Made by a program: the position numbers and the translations under genes. Below the pieces are notes generated by a model that ran no database searches, had not been told where the DNA came from, and worked only from the letters and a program-made list of their open reading frames with translations. From the NCBI GenBank assembly GCA_021108215.1, contig JAIORK010000050.1, positions 10,498 to 74,497 of the forward strand: a stretch of DNA of 64,000 nucleotides, written 5' to 3'. Origin of the DNA: a bacterium. GTDB lineage: Bacteria > Oederibacteriota > JAAXVQ01 > JAUVAV01. Below are positions 36,602 through 46,142 of the stretch, in pieces. Every line of letters starts with the position of its first letter. Positions within the stretch are counted from its first letter, which is position 1.

Positions 36602-36971
36602 CTTCATCTTCGTCTTCGTCGCCTTCTTCATCTTCTTTGTCGCTTTCGTTTTCGTCATCGTCTTCATCCTCGTCTTCTACGATTTTTGAAGCGCTTGCGC
36701 CATTTAATTCATCTTCAAAAGGACGACTCCGCAGCTTAGTGCCTTTATCCTCGAGTAGTTCCACCTTGCGCTCGGCAGCCTTGAGCTGTGTTGAGCAGGT
36801 TCGCGCCAGACCGACCCCTTCTTCATACAGGGACAATGCTTTTTCCAGCGGCGCCTCGGCACCTTCCAATTGGTTCACGATCTCTTCCAGCCGTTCCAAC
36901 GCCTTTTCAAAAGATGGCGCCTTATTGGTTTCCACCTTGTTTTTCGTACTTTTTTGGATTTTCTTAGTCAT
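36576..36971 (-). CDS. xseB: exodeoxyribonuclease VII small subunit with an unusual roughly 45-aa poly-Asp/Glu C-terminal tail
   Basis: The core SFEKALERLEEIVNQLEGAEAPLEKALSLYEEGVGLARTCSTQLKAAERKVELL is XseB, followed by EDEDEDDDENESDKEDEEGDEDEDEDEDQESLF. Start assigned to MTKKIQ. Confidence 0.8.
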   Translation of the reverse strand: MTKKIQKSTKNKVETNKAPSFEKALERLEEIVNQLEGAEAPLEKALSLYEEGVGLARTCSTQLKAAERKVELLEDKGTKLRSRPFEDELNGASASKIVEDEDEDDDENESDKEDEEGDEDEDEDEDQESLF

Positions 36972-37211
36972 GTGACAGGCTTTTCCTTTATTTAGGTAAC
37001 TCAAACATCCCCAAACTCCCCACCAATATACTATATTTCATAGAATAATAAATACTTAAATCCGATTAAATTTACTGGAAAAGGTATTACAAAAGAGCTA
37101 AATGACCGCAAAAAAGGTCTATCAAAAAAAGAAGCACGTCGATAAAAACAGACAACCGGATATTCCCCCTTGCCAAAATCCGGCATCAGGTGAATACCTA
37201 TTCCGGACAAC

Positions 37212-37751
37212 TTACCATTGCATTTGCCAGCGCAATTCTTGTGAATCTATTTCCTTAAAAATAACGACTGCATTTTTGTGCCCGGTCAATTCAAATAGAA
37301 TCAAGAGATGGCCTTTCACAATTTCCCGGGAATACTCCGGATAATCCGGGAATTTCCTCACAACAAAATCCGCACTGTTTTTCGTTATATTCTCGACACT
37401 GGCCTCACCTTTATCATGATACGTTTTCCAAATACCGGCTGCGCGCTTAACAATAAATTGTATATTCGGAATACGCAAAAACACTTTATATATCCCCGTA
37501 TAACTTTTATACGACATTGCTTTTCCCAGCAGAATAAGCCGGTCCGGATTGGTTGGATATAAAATCTGCGCAGCGAAAAAATAAATCTGGGCGACTTCTT
37601 CTTCCGGCGCCCAACTGGTACTGACGACTTTATTGTATATTTTTTCTAAGTCACCGGATAAACTTGCCGTAAATTTCTTTTCCAGCTCCGGGTTGGCTTC
37701 GCTGAATATTTTTCTCAAATTTACGACATCCGAGCATTTACTTAAAGCCAT
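37212..37751 (-). CDS. hypothetical cytoplasmic protein (179 aa), part of the inserted module
   Basis: No signal peptide or TM helix and no recognised family. It begins the AT-rich insert between xseB and xseA. Confidence 0.5.
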   Translation of the reverse strand: MALSKCSDVVNLRKIFSEANPELEKKFTASLSGDLEKIYNKVVSTSWAPEEEVAQIYFFAAQILYPTNPDRLILLGKAMSYKSYTGIYKVFLRIPNIQFIVKRAAGIWKTYHDKGEASVENITKNSADFVVRKFPDYPEYSREIVKGHLLILFELTGHKNAVVIFKEIDSQELRWQMQW

Positions 37752-37944
37752 GGTTCACTCCTAACTACTTTTAGATATGTCTTAGCCTCGCTACCAAAAA
37801 GGCTGAACTTAACCCGGTTTGATAAATATTTTTAAATTATAGAACAGGTGTCCGCATCCTACTCCACCGATTTCTATACTAAATGCAAACTCCAATTAAA
37901 CTGTTTTTCTGCGATTTTTTTAAAATAACTGCGTACATTTAAAA

Positions 37945-39516
37945 CTATTTAAATTTAATAACTCCGCCAATAACCACTTCACTGGAACTTCCATCATTTC
38001 TTTTATTCAGCCTATGCGTCTTTAAATACATTATCTTCCCACTTTCATCCATTCGCGTTCCCCATAATGCATTCGATCCAGATCCCCACATTAAATCACC
38101 TACCGTCTCATCCCCATAATCAGGATCAGCAGCATATTTTACTTTTTGAGGTGACCCGCCATACAATATTCTTGTTTTACAGTCTCCAAAATCATACTCA
38201 CTGACATCCCTCTGAAGTATCGTTTTCCCATCAGCTTGAACTTCATCGCCATCTGTCAGAACACCATAAAAAACCTCTTGATATGTTTTGGGAATAAAAT
38301 CCCCTCCCCCGCTTAAACTATATTCAGCATCCGCACTTAAAAACGTTGCAGTTGTATATGATGTTTTTTTACTTTTTCTTTTAACTTTTTTGTCGAATTC
38401 TTTAATTAGCCTATCAAATTCTGCATTTTTTATTTTTATTGTAAAATTCAAAATAAATCCAACCTCAAGTGTGGCTGTTCTGCCATCTGAATAATATCTC
38501 CAATCTGTATTTTTGGTCCAACCATTTATGATGCCCTCACCTGCTTTTAATTCCTTGATATTGATTTGATCACTTCTAATTTCCTCCCTATTTTCTTCCT
38601 CCGCTTCATCTTTTTTGACGCGGACATTTTTAGTATCCCTATATTTCCTGTTTTTTTTATTGATTTTCGTTGTAGCTTTTATAGCAATCTTGTGTTTCCC
38701 ATCATCTTCTTGTTCAATATCCCAATAATGTTTTAATATTTCGTTTCTTTTGAGTTTTATTGCCTTCACCACTTTTTTATCGATTGCAAGCTGGACATCA
38801 ACCTCTTTCTCCCAAGCTTTCTTCTTGGTCTCCGCTTTTACCATATCAACATATTCCCAACTTTTCCGGAAACCATTATAAGCTTTCAATAATATTTCAG
38901 TGTCACTATGTCCGGCGAGATCATACTTCATGGTCCATCTTTTCCATTTTTTGGGTTTGTTTTTTGTGTCCTCTATCCATTTTTTCTTACTTTCTATCAC
39001 CGCGACTCCTGCCGTGATATTATATTCTGTATTTTGCATAATTTTCGTAAAATCCCACTTATCTTCTTCTAAGCCACTATACTTATTATTAATTTGCATA
39101 ATCCCATAATCAGTTGATTCGACTTCTTTTCTTCTTGTTTTTGGATCAACAATCACTTTTCCGGTCTTATCTATTTTATAGTTTATTCCTTTATACACAT
39201 TGCCGTTTTCATCAAATTGCTGCCAACCACCGCTTTCATGGTATGCAATCACTTTCAGCATTTCGCTTGGTAAGCAGGATTTGGTTTTCTCAAACAATTG
39301 ATCAATTTCGGAATAACTCATATTTTTGTTGCTTTTATTCCGAAACATTTCAGCAATGATGTTTATTGATTCAGAAATAACTTGTTCATCAACCGGTGTT
39401 GTAATTCTTATATCAAAACCACTAGCATTGTTTATAAACAACGAGCTAAAAGTCATTAAGATCAATGTAATTACTTTTATATTAGTCGACGAATATGTCA
39501 TACGGGTCTCCATCAA
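37945..39516 (-). CDS. secreted protein with N-terminal lytic transglycosylase (SLT/lysozyme-like) domain, K/E-rich central region and unknown C-terminal domain
   Basis: A signal peptide (ITLILMTFSSLFINNASG). The SLT motifs are AYHESGGW (catalytic Glu-Ser), STDYGIMQIN, NITAGVAVI and LLKAYNGF. These are followed by about 150 aa of lysine- and glutamate-rich low-complexity sequence and a 150-aa Gly/Asp-rich C-terminal domain. Coding GC is about 35%. Confidence 0.65.
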   Translation of the reverse strand: MMETRMTYSSTNIKVITLILMTFSSLFINNASGFDIRITTPVDEQVISESINIIAEMFRNKSNKNMSYSEIDQLFEKTKSCLPSEMLKVIAYHESGGWQQFDENGNVYKGINYKIDKTGKVIVDPKTRRKEVESTDYGIMQINNKYSGLEEDKWDFTKIMQNTEYNITAGVAVIESKKKWIEDTKNKPKKWKRWTMKYDLAGHSDTEILLKAYNGFRKSWEYVDMVKAETKKKAWEKEVDVQLAIDKKVVKAIKLKRNEILKHYWDIEQEDDGKHKIAIKATTKINKKNRKYRDTKNVRVKKDEAEEENREEIRSDQINIKELKAGEGIINGWTKNTDWRYYSDGRTATLEVGFILNFTIKIKNAEFDRLIKEFDKKVKRKSKKTSYTTATFLSADAEYSLSGGGDFIPKTYQEVFYGVLTDGDEVQADGKTILQRDVSEYDFGDCKTRILYGGSPQKVKYAADPDYGDETVGDLMWGSGSNALWGTRMDESGKIMYLKTHRLNKRNDGSSSEVVIGGVIKFK

Positions 39517-40486
39517 TACTTATTCTTTTTAAAATATTTCCAGTTTCAACATCTAACACAACAACCTCACCGGATGTTGAGGAACTAACAAATATTTTCT
39601 TCCCACCATTAGATAGTCCAGCATTGTATCCTTTAAAACCCATCGAATATGTTTTTACAACAGTATGGTTACCAATATTAATCTTCGCCAATTGACCATC
39701 ACCCGCAACATATAAATAACCATCTTTCAGAATTGCTATTTTTCGAATTTTTTTAATGGTTTCCAATTGAATATGATCCATGCTTCCGTTTTTCGCATTA
39801 AAAACCACCAATCTATATTGACTTCTGGTTGTTTTATTATCGTATGGGTCATATTTATAGATAACCAAATAAATCGTTTCCTCATCTATAACGACAATAT
39901 CGTGAATACGCTCTCCTGCGGTGATATAAAACGTTTTCTCAATCTGGTCGGTTTGAGTTGATATCTTTTTCAAACAATTGTATTCCGCTGCATAAACATA
40001 CTTACCATCTTTTGTAATATCTAAAAATCCGGTTTCCAAACTATTTTTCAACAGTATTTTTATTTGTTTGTTTTTTTTCAGATCAAGCACAAATATCCCG
40101 GATGGATTAACATCATCCCAGGAAATAACACCAACATAAAGCTTTTGAACATCCGGAGCTATTACTGCTTTTGACAACCCCGGGGTTATAACCCCATCAT
40201 ACTCTATATCCCCAAGTTCTTTTAAGGAATGGCGGTCATGAATATTCACAAAAAGAGGATTAATGAAATAAAGCCTATCCCCATTCGCAACAATAATATG
40301 TGCCAATGTATGATTGAGCTTTGATTCCAAAATTTCATAATAATCATCCACACCAAACATCTGTACTGACATAGAATATCTTGTTGTTACTAAAAGTCGT
40401 TCATTTGGCTTTGCTGCTGAAACGGACACACTTGAACTAACTATCGTTAATAAAAAAAAGACAATTGCTATTCGAGAATATTTCAT
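39482..40486 (-). CDS. secreted YVTN-type beta-propeller protein
   Basis: A signal peptide and repeated YVTN/LVIVD-like blades (KKIFVSSSTSGEVVVLDVETGNILKRISIDGDPYDIFV, GYLYVAGDGQLAKINIGNHTVVKTY). AT-rich like its neighbour. Confidence 0.65.
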   Translation of the reverse strand: MKYSRIAIVFFLLTIVSSSVSVSAAKPNERLLVTTRYSMSVQMFGVDDYYEILESKLNHTLAHIIVANGDRLYFINPLFVNIHDRHSLKELGDIEYDGVITPGLSKAVIAPDVQKLYVGVISWDDVNPSGIFVLDLKKNKQIKILLKNSLETGFLDITKDGKYVYAAEYNCLKKISTQTDQIEKTFYITAGERIHDIVVIDEETIYLVIYKYDPYDNKTTRSQYRLVVFNAKNGSMDHIQLETIKKIRKIAILKDGYLYVAGDGQLAKINIGNHTVVKTYSMGFKGYNAGLSNGGKKIFVSSSTSGEVVVLDVETGNILKRISIDGDPYDIFVD

Positions 40487-40550
40487 TAGTAACTCCTATT
40501 AATACTTTTCAATGGTGTCATCTTCAAGACACTTTATTCATTCTTAGTCA

Positions 40551-41840
40551 TTAGACTTCATTTCCAATGATTTCTTTCGTTTTATTCACATCACACTCAA
40601 CCTGTCCTTCAGACAGCTTGATGCGAATTTGATCCCCTTGCTTGAGGGATTTGGATGATTTGATGAGTTGGTTATCCGGCTGTTTATACACCAGTGAGTA
40701 CCCGCGCGACATGACTTTCAAAGGCGAGAGGGCTTCAAGCTGGGCGATCCGGCCTTTAAGTTCCTGGCGGGAAAATCTGAGACGGTTGGTCAGGGATTGA
40801 CGCAAATCAGCGGTTAAATCATCCAGCCGCTGGGCCATGGGCTCAAAAACCGCCAGGGGTTTTTGCAAAAAACGGGATGCGGTCGCACGGTCGAGACGTT
40901 GCCGCATACTGTTGAGCTGCTCATACATCCGGTTGGATAAATGACGCTGCAAGGATTTAACCTGTCCGCTCATCTCACGACGATCGCGTACGACCATTTC
41001 AGCTGCCGCAGTCGGGGTCTCAGCCCGCACATCCGCTGTGAAATCGGCAATGGTATAATCCACCTCATGCCCTACTGCAGAAATAACCGGAATTTCAGAT
41101 GCGGCAATGGCCCGGGCCACGATCTCCTCATTAAAAGCCCAGAGATCTTCCAAAGAACCGCCGCCGCGACCGCAGATAATCACATCCCAGCCGCCTATTT
41201 CATTGAGCCGGTTTACGGCATGCGCAATTTCTTTGGCCGACCCATCGCCTTGGACCCGGACCGGATAGATCGAAATATCCGCCAGGGGCGAACGCCGTCC
41301 GGTGACATTTAAAATATCGCGGATCGCAGCACCGGTCGGCGACGTGATCACCACAATACGGCGCGGGAATTCAGGTAATATTTTTTTTCGTCCCGGATCA
41401 AACAGACCTTCTGCGGCAAGTTTTTTCTTGAGTTGCTCATAGGCAAGCTGCAATGCACCCAACCCGGCCGGCTCCATGCTCTCGATGACCATCTGGAAAT
41501 CACCCCGCGCCGTATAAAGCGAAAGACGGCCCAAGGCAATTACCTTGAGACCGTCTTCGGTCTTAAAACGCATGGTGCGGTTGGCACCACGAAACATCGC
41601 AGCGCGCAACTGGCTGCCGCTGTCTTTGAGTGTGAGATAAAAGTGCCCGGAAGAGTGGTGCTTAAAATTAGAAATTTCACCTTCCACCCAAACACGGGAA
41701 AATGCCCCCTCTAATAACCCGCGGGCACTCTCGACCAGTTCGGAAACCGAATAGACTTTACGCTGCTGGTCGGTTGAATCTATGCTCACTTCTTCTTTTT
41801 CTTCATCTCGTATTTCGAGCCTCCAATGGCGCTTTTGCAT
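40551..41840 (-). CDS. xseA: exodeoxyribonuclease VII large subunit
   Basis: An OB-fold N-terminus (VWVEGEISNFKHHSSGHFYLTLKD), the catalytic core, and a C-terminal coiled-coil. 429 aa. Confidence 0.9.
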   Translation of the reverse strand: MQKRHWRLEIRDEEKEEVSIDSTDQQRKVYSVSELVESARGLLEGAFSRVWVEGEISNFKHHSSGHFYLTLKDSGSQLRAAMFRGANRTMRFKTEDGLKVIALGRLSLYTARGDFQMVIESMEPAGLGALQLAYEQLKKKLAAEGLFDPGRKKILPEFPRRIVVITSPTGAAIRDILNVTGRRSPLADISIYPVRVQGDGSAKEIAHAVNRLNEIGGWDVIICGRGGGSLEDLWAFNEEIVARAIAASEIPVISAVGHEVDYTIADFTADVRAETPTAAAEMVVRDRREMSGQVKSLQRHLSNRMYEQLNSMRQRLDRATASRFLQKPLAVFEPMAQRLDDLTADLRQSLTNRLRFSRQELKGRIAQLEALSPLKVMSRGYSLVYKQPDNQLIKSSKSLKQGDQIRIKLSEGQVECDVNKTKEIIGNEV

Positions 41841-42394
41841 TTTCCGGCGAATTTACCTTTGGGAGAGGCTTTGATGGACTGCTGAAACGCCTCAATCGCT
41901 TCTTCATATTCCTCGATCTGATGCAGTGCATACCCCAGCGCATAATAATCTTCACTCAAAATAGCCCATTTGTTATCCGTATCCGGTGCCTGCGCATCAA
42001 TCTCCACCAGGTATTCATAATACTTGGCAGCACCGTCAAAATCCTCATCTTCCCAAAAAAACTGGGCAAGTTTATTGGCCATGCCGGCATCTGTGGGGAT
42101 CAGTTCAAATCCTTTTTCATAATATTTGAGTGCAGCTTCCAAACTGCCCGCCAATTCCAGCTGACCGCCATGATAGTAATAGGCATTTTTGAAACGTTCG
42201 CGTAATTCTTTATCTTCATCAAAAATAACCGGATCCCTCTGATAAGCCCGTTCAAACGCTTTGAAGGATGCATCATATTTCTTATTCTCGAAAAAAGTGT
42301 TGCCGCGCCGCACATCAGGATCTTGACCCGCACAGCCTGCCATCATCGCCATTATGATCACAACAATCAATCCGTATCCTTTTGCTTTCATGTT
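41786..42394 (-). CDS. TPR-repeat lipoprotein
   Basis: The lipobox MAMMAGCAG after the start MKAKGYGLIVVII, TPR-like repeats, and a poly-K C-terminus. Confidence 0.6.
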   Translation of the reverse strand, partial: NMKAKGYGLIVVIIMAMMAGCAGQDPDVRRGNTFFENKKYDASFKAFERAYQRDPVIFDEDKELRERFKNAYYYHGGQLELAGSLEAALKYYEKGFELIPTDAGMANKLAQFFWEDEDFDGAAKYYEYLVEIDAQAPDTDNKWAILSEDYYALGYALHQIEEYEEAIEAFQQSIKASPKGKFAGKCKSAIGGSKYEMKKKKK

Positions 42395-42457
42395 TTTCCT
42401 CCTGATGATTTTTGTTGCTTCCCCTGCAAAAACGCGGAATTTTTTTCCGTCCGGCAT

Positions 42458-43231
42458 TCACGCTAAAAAATGAAATTCATCACCGGATTTGGCAATATGA
42501 ATTTTCAGTTGCTCCATCTGCGTCACTTCTTCTGAAATAATTTGGGCGAACTGCGGTTTCAAATGATAGAGATAGACAGGCATCTCTCCGCTGCGCCCGG
42601 TCTTGGCAACCTCTGTCGGAATATCTCCGGTTGCAAGGTGCTTGGTCATCCTCGCCAAATCCTTTTGTTCATCGGAAAAAGAACACTCCATAAAAATCGC
42701 ATGAATTTTTCTTTTTTGCGACAGTTTTTTCCATAAATCCAAGGTAGGGCCGGTATCACCGGTAAAGGCCACGCTGCCGTTTTCATCACTGATGATATAT
42801 CCCAGTGCCGCAAAGGAATGGTCCACCGCAATGGGTTCAACCGTATAACCATTGATCTTCAACAACTGATTTGCAACCAAGGGGTTGAAACGAAGAATGG
42901 GATTTTCCGGTGTCGGCAGTACCGTAAAATCAGGCCAAATTTTGTTATTAAAAATATTTTTCTGAATGGTCTCTAAAACCTGGGACAATCCATACACATT
43001 GACCGGCCCGGAAATCCGTCCGATGAGGTTGTCCAGCAAAAACGGGAGTGAATGAATATGGTCCAGGTGAGCATGGGTAATCAATACATCTGAAATATCT
43101 TTTTGCTGCTCCAGCCCGAGCTTACTCCCAATCGTACCGGCATCCACCAGCATGGTGTTATCAATTAAAAATCCGGTCAAATTGTGTCCGGGCGCTTCTC
43201 CACCCGATGCACCTAATACAGTAATTTTCAT
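42458..43231 (-). CDS. MBL-fold metallo-hydrolase (class II cyclic-nucleotide phosphodiesterase-like)
   Basis: The HAHLDH metal-binding motif, with additional His/Asp ligands later. 257 aa. Confidence 0.75.
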   Translation of the reverse strand: MKITVLGASGGEAPGHNLTGFLIDNTMLVDAGTIGSKLGLEQQKDISDVLITHAHLDHIHSLPFLLDNLIGRISGPVNVYGLSQVLETIQKNIFNNKIWPDFTVLPTPENPILRFNPLVANQLLKINGYTVEPIAVDHSFAALGYIISDENGSVAFTGDTGPTLDLWKKLSQKRKIHAIFMECSFSDEQKDLARMTKHLATGDIPTEVAKTGRSGEMPVYLYHLKPQFAQIISEEVTQMEQLKIHIAKSGDEFHFLA

Positions 43232-43289
43232 GACAGAACCCTTTAATTAAGATGGTCGTAAATCCCCACGCTTTTGCGCAGGAAATAAA

Positions 43290-43930
43290 TTATTCTCCGA
43301 ATTCTTCTTTCATCTCCAGATACTTGACGAATTTTTCAAGATTCTCCAAAGATAAAATAACGATCTGTTCACCTTCAAAAGCAATGACTTTGGCTTTGGC
43401 CAGTTTAGCAAGTATATCTCTTACCTTGGACAAATCACTTGTCAAACCTGCTGCATCTGCCAGCTCAACCGCACCATGCCCTTGGCACCCTTCGTGCCAT
43501 GCTTATGTGCCAGCAATGCCAGGGTATTGGCGACACGGCGTTTGTGGTCCTTGACCAAAAGATTTTCAATCTGTTTATTGGCATCCCGCAGGCGGGAGCT
43601 CATATTACGCAGAATTTTTTTAACAATATGAATGTTTGACTGCATGGTGGATTCAAAAACTTCTTGATTAAGCACAATACATTTGGTATCCGTCACTGCT
43701 GTTGCCGATGCGGAACGCGGTTCCCGGTCAATCACCGCCATCTCACCAAAAAAATCACCATCGGAAAGGACTACCAGGGTTTTCTCCCCTTCACTGGTTT
43801 TTTTGTGAATTTTGATCTGACCGTTTTGGATGATAAACATCTCTTCCCCAATATCATTCTCACGAAAAACAATCTTTCCGGCAGAAAAAGTCTTGCCATA
43901 GCGTTCAAAGATCTCTTGGGCCGTTGTCAT
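43290..43930 (-). pseudogene. Crp/Fnr family transcriptional regulator split by a -1 frameshift (or sequencing error)
   Basis: The cNMP-binding domain (43442..43930) ends ...GMVRLSWQMQQV*. The HTH C-terminus GLTSDLSKVRDILAKLAKAKVIAFEGEQIVILSLENLEKFVKYL continues in the +1 frame to a TAA at 43290-43292. The shift maps to caggtttgaca, where cagggtttgaca is expected. Confidence 0.6.
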
Positions 43931-43948
43931 AAGTCCCCCCTTGGTCTC

Positions 43949-46024
43949 CTATTGAGCGTCAGCCTGATTTTGAAGACGTTTCTTCAATGCTTCCAGATCA
44001 ACCCCGGAAGCTTCGCCCAGCGAAATGCCGGGTTTGTTTTGCGGGTTCAAATATTTTTTCATTTCCGCCGCTTCCTGCGCCATAAGCGCCTCGCGGATCG
44101 AAAGACCGATCTTGTGTTCTTCCCAATTGACCCGAATAACTTTAGCCTCAACCATCCCGCCTTCCGTCAGTGGCTCGGGATCATTTTTGGTTTTTTCTTT
44201 TTCCAATTGCGAGATATGAATCAAGCCCTCCACTCCCGGTTCCAATTCCACAAAGGCACCGAACTTGGTATTGCGCACCACCTTTACCTGAACCACGGTT
44301 CCCACCGGATATTTTTTAGCACTGGCAAGCCAGGGATCATCGGTCATCTGTTTCAACCCCAAAGAAACTTTCTTTTTCTCCTGACTGATCTCCAAAATCT
44401 TAACCTTGAGGCGCTCCCCAACCGTGAGTAAATCACCCGGCTGCTTAATTGACCCGTTCCAGGCAAGATCGGAAATATGCAGCAATCCGGTCACACCTTC
44501 CGCCAATTCGATAAAAACACCGTATTTAGCAAGGGTTTTAACCTCTCCTGCAACAATATCACCGCGCTTATGTGATTCTAAAAAAAGCGAAAACGGTTCC
44601 GGTTCCGTCTGGCGAAGACCCAGGGTTATTTTCTTGGCCCCGCCGTCAATCACCAATACCTTGACCCGAACACTATCGCCTTTTTTCAACATTTCCTTGG
44701 GATGACGCACACGCCTTGTCCAGGACATTTCCGAAACCGGCAAAAGCCCTTCCACACCCTCTTCCAGACGCAGAAAAGCGCCGAAATCCGCCAGCGTGAC
44801 GACCTCACCTTCCACCATACTGTCTTTAGGATATTTTTCCGCAATATTTACCCAGGGATCTTCACTTTTTTGTTTAAGACCCAAAGCGACTTTCCCGGAT
44901 TCAGCATCAATGCTTAAAATCAAGACTTCCAGTTCATCTCCCAACGTGACATAGTGCCGGGGGTTGTTCACTTTGGACCAGGACATATCATTGACATGAA
45001 GCAATCCGTCCACGCCGCCAATATCTAAAAATGCGCCAAAATTGGTGATGTTCTTTACCACACCATGTACCATGCGCCCGGGGGTGAGCTTTGAAATAAC
45101 ATCATCCCGTTGCTTGCTGCGAATATCCAACAAATGGCTGCGCCGCGAAACAACAATATTTCCGCGCTCACGATTGAGTTTTTCAATTTTAAACTGAAAA
45201 GACTTATCAAGAAAATCATCAGGATTGCTCACTTGGGTAAGGTCCAACTGGGACGCCGGCAGAAACGCCTGTACGCCTCCCAAGTCAACCATAAAGCCGC
45301 CTTTGCACTTTTGAAAAATCAATCCTTCCATAGACGTGTTATTGGCCAACGCCGCTTTAGCAACATTCCAGCCTTTACGTTTGTCCACTTTTTCTTTGGA
45401 TAATACCAGCAACCCCTCACGGTTTTCCCGGCGCTCCATCAAAACTTCCACTTCATCGCCAACCACGGTATTAAATTCACCCTTGGCATTTAAAAATTCC
45501 TGTTTCGGTATAATACCCTCGGATTTGGAACCAATGTCAATTACAACGCCATCATCATCAATCCGAATAACCTTGCCGCGTACGATCTCGCCGGGTTCCG
45601 GTTCGCTTTCCATGGCTTGGGCGAGTTCCGTTGCAAAGTCACCCTCAGGTTCGCTGGAAACAGCCTCCGGTTCAACTGCGGGCTGTTCCGGTTCCGGCGT
45701 TACTGCGGCTTGCGCAACCGGTTCCGGCTGCGGTACAGACGCAACCACGGGTCCGGGTTCCGATACCGGTGCCACCGGTTCCTTTGCCGGAGGATGTGCC
45801 TCAACAACCGGTGGTTCACTTACTTCCATGGGTTCAGGCTCATTCAAAGGCGTGCCCGGACCAATGCCGACGACCGGATCAAGTTTGTCTTTTGAAACAT
45901 AAAGGGGTGTTTCGGATTCATCAGTATCATGCAGCGGTGTCCCGCCGCTGATCTGTTCATCCTGATCTTTTACGGGTGTCCCCTCGAAACCCGGTTCAAA
46001 ACTTCTTTTTTCATCAACCATCAT
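43949..46024 (-). CDS. rpsA: 30S ribosomal protein S1 with a roughly 140-aa Pro/Glu-rich N-terminal extension
   Basis: Six S1 domains (GEIVRGKVIRIDDDGVVIDIG... and others), preceded by a low-complexity N-terminus (PVVEAHPPAKEPVAPVSEPGPVVASVPQPEP...). Confidence 0.9.
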   Translation of the reverse strand: MMVDEKRSFEPGFEGTPVKDQDEQISGGTPLHDTDESETPLYVSKDKLDPVVGIGPGTPLNEPEPMEVSEPPVVEAHPPAKEPVAPVSEPGPVVASVPQPEPVAQAAVTPEPEQPAVEPEAVSSEPEGDFATELAQAMESEPEPGEIVRGKVIRIDDDGVVIDIGSKSEGIIPKQEFLNAKGEFNTVVGDEVEVLMERRENREGLLVLSKEKVDKRKGWNVAKAALANNTSMEGLIFQKCKGGFMVDLGGVQAFLPASQLDLTQVSNPDDFLDKSFQFKIEKLNRERGNIVVSRRSHLLDIRSKQRDDVISKLTPGRMVHGVVKNITNFGAFLDIGGVDGLLHVNDMSWSKVNNPRHYVTLGDELEVLILSIDAESGKVALGLKQKSEDPWVNIAEKYPKDSMVEGEVVTLADFGAFLRLEEGVEGLLPVSEMSWTRRVRHPKEMLKKGDSVRVKVLVIDGGAKKITLGLRQTEPEPFSLFLESHKRGDIVAGEVKTLAKYGVFIELAEGVTGLLHISDLAWNGSIKQPGDLLTVGERLKVKILEISQEKKKVSLGLKQMTDDPWLASAKKYPVGTVVQVKVVRNTKFGAFVELEPGVEGLIHISQLEKEKTKNDPEPLTEGGMVEAKVIRVNWEEHKIGLSIREALMAQEAAEMKKYLNPQNKPGISLGEASGVDLEALKKRLQNQADAQ

Positions 46025-46142
46025 TCATTGCCTCCATCGTATCAACCCGTTCATTCAATTTCCCCGCTCTGAAAATCGGGGATTTGGATATAATCTGTAA
46101 AAAACCATTATGACTGTCCCGCTTCAGCCCCGGTTAAAAACC

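Noticed and set aside
36637-36975. Plus-strand 112-aa Ser-rich ORF
   Set aside because: It is antisense to xseB and its acidic-tail repeat, a low-complexity artefact.
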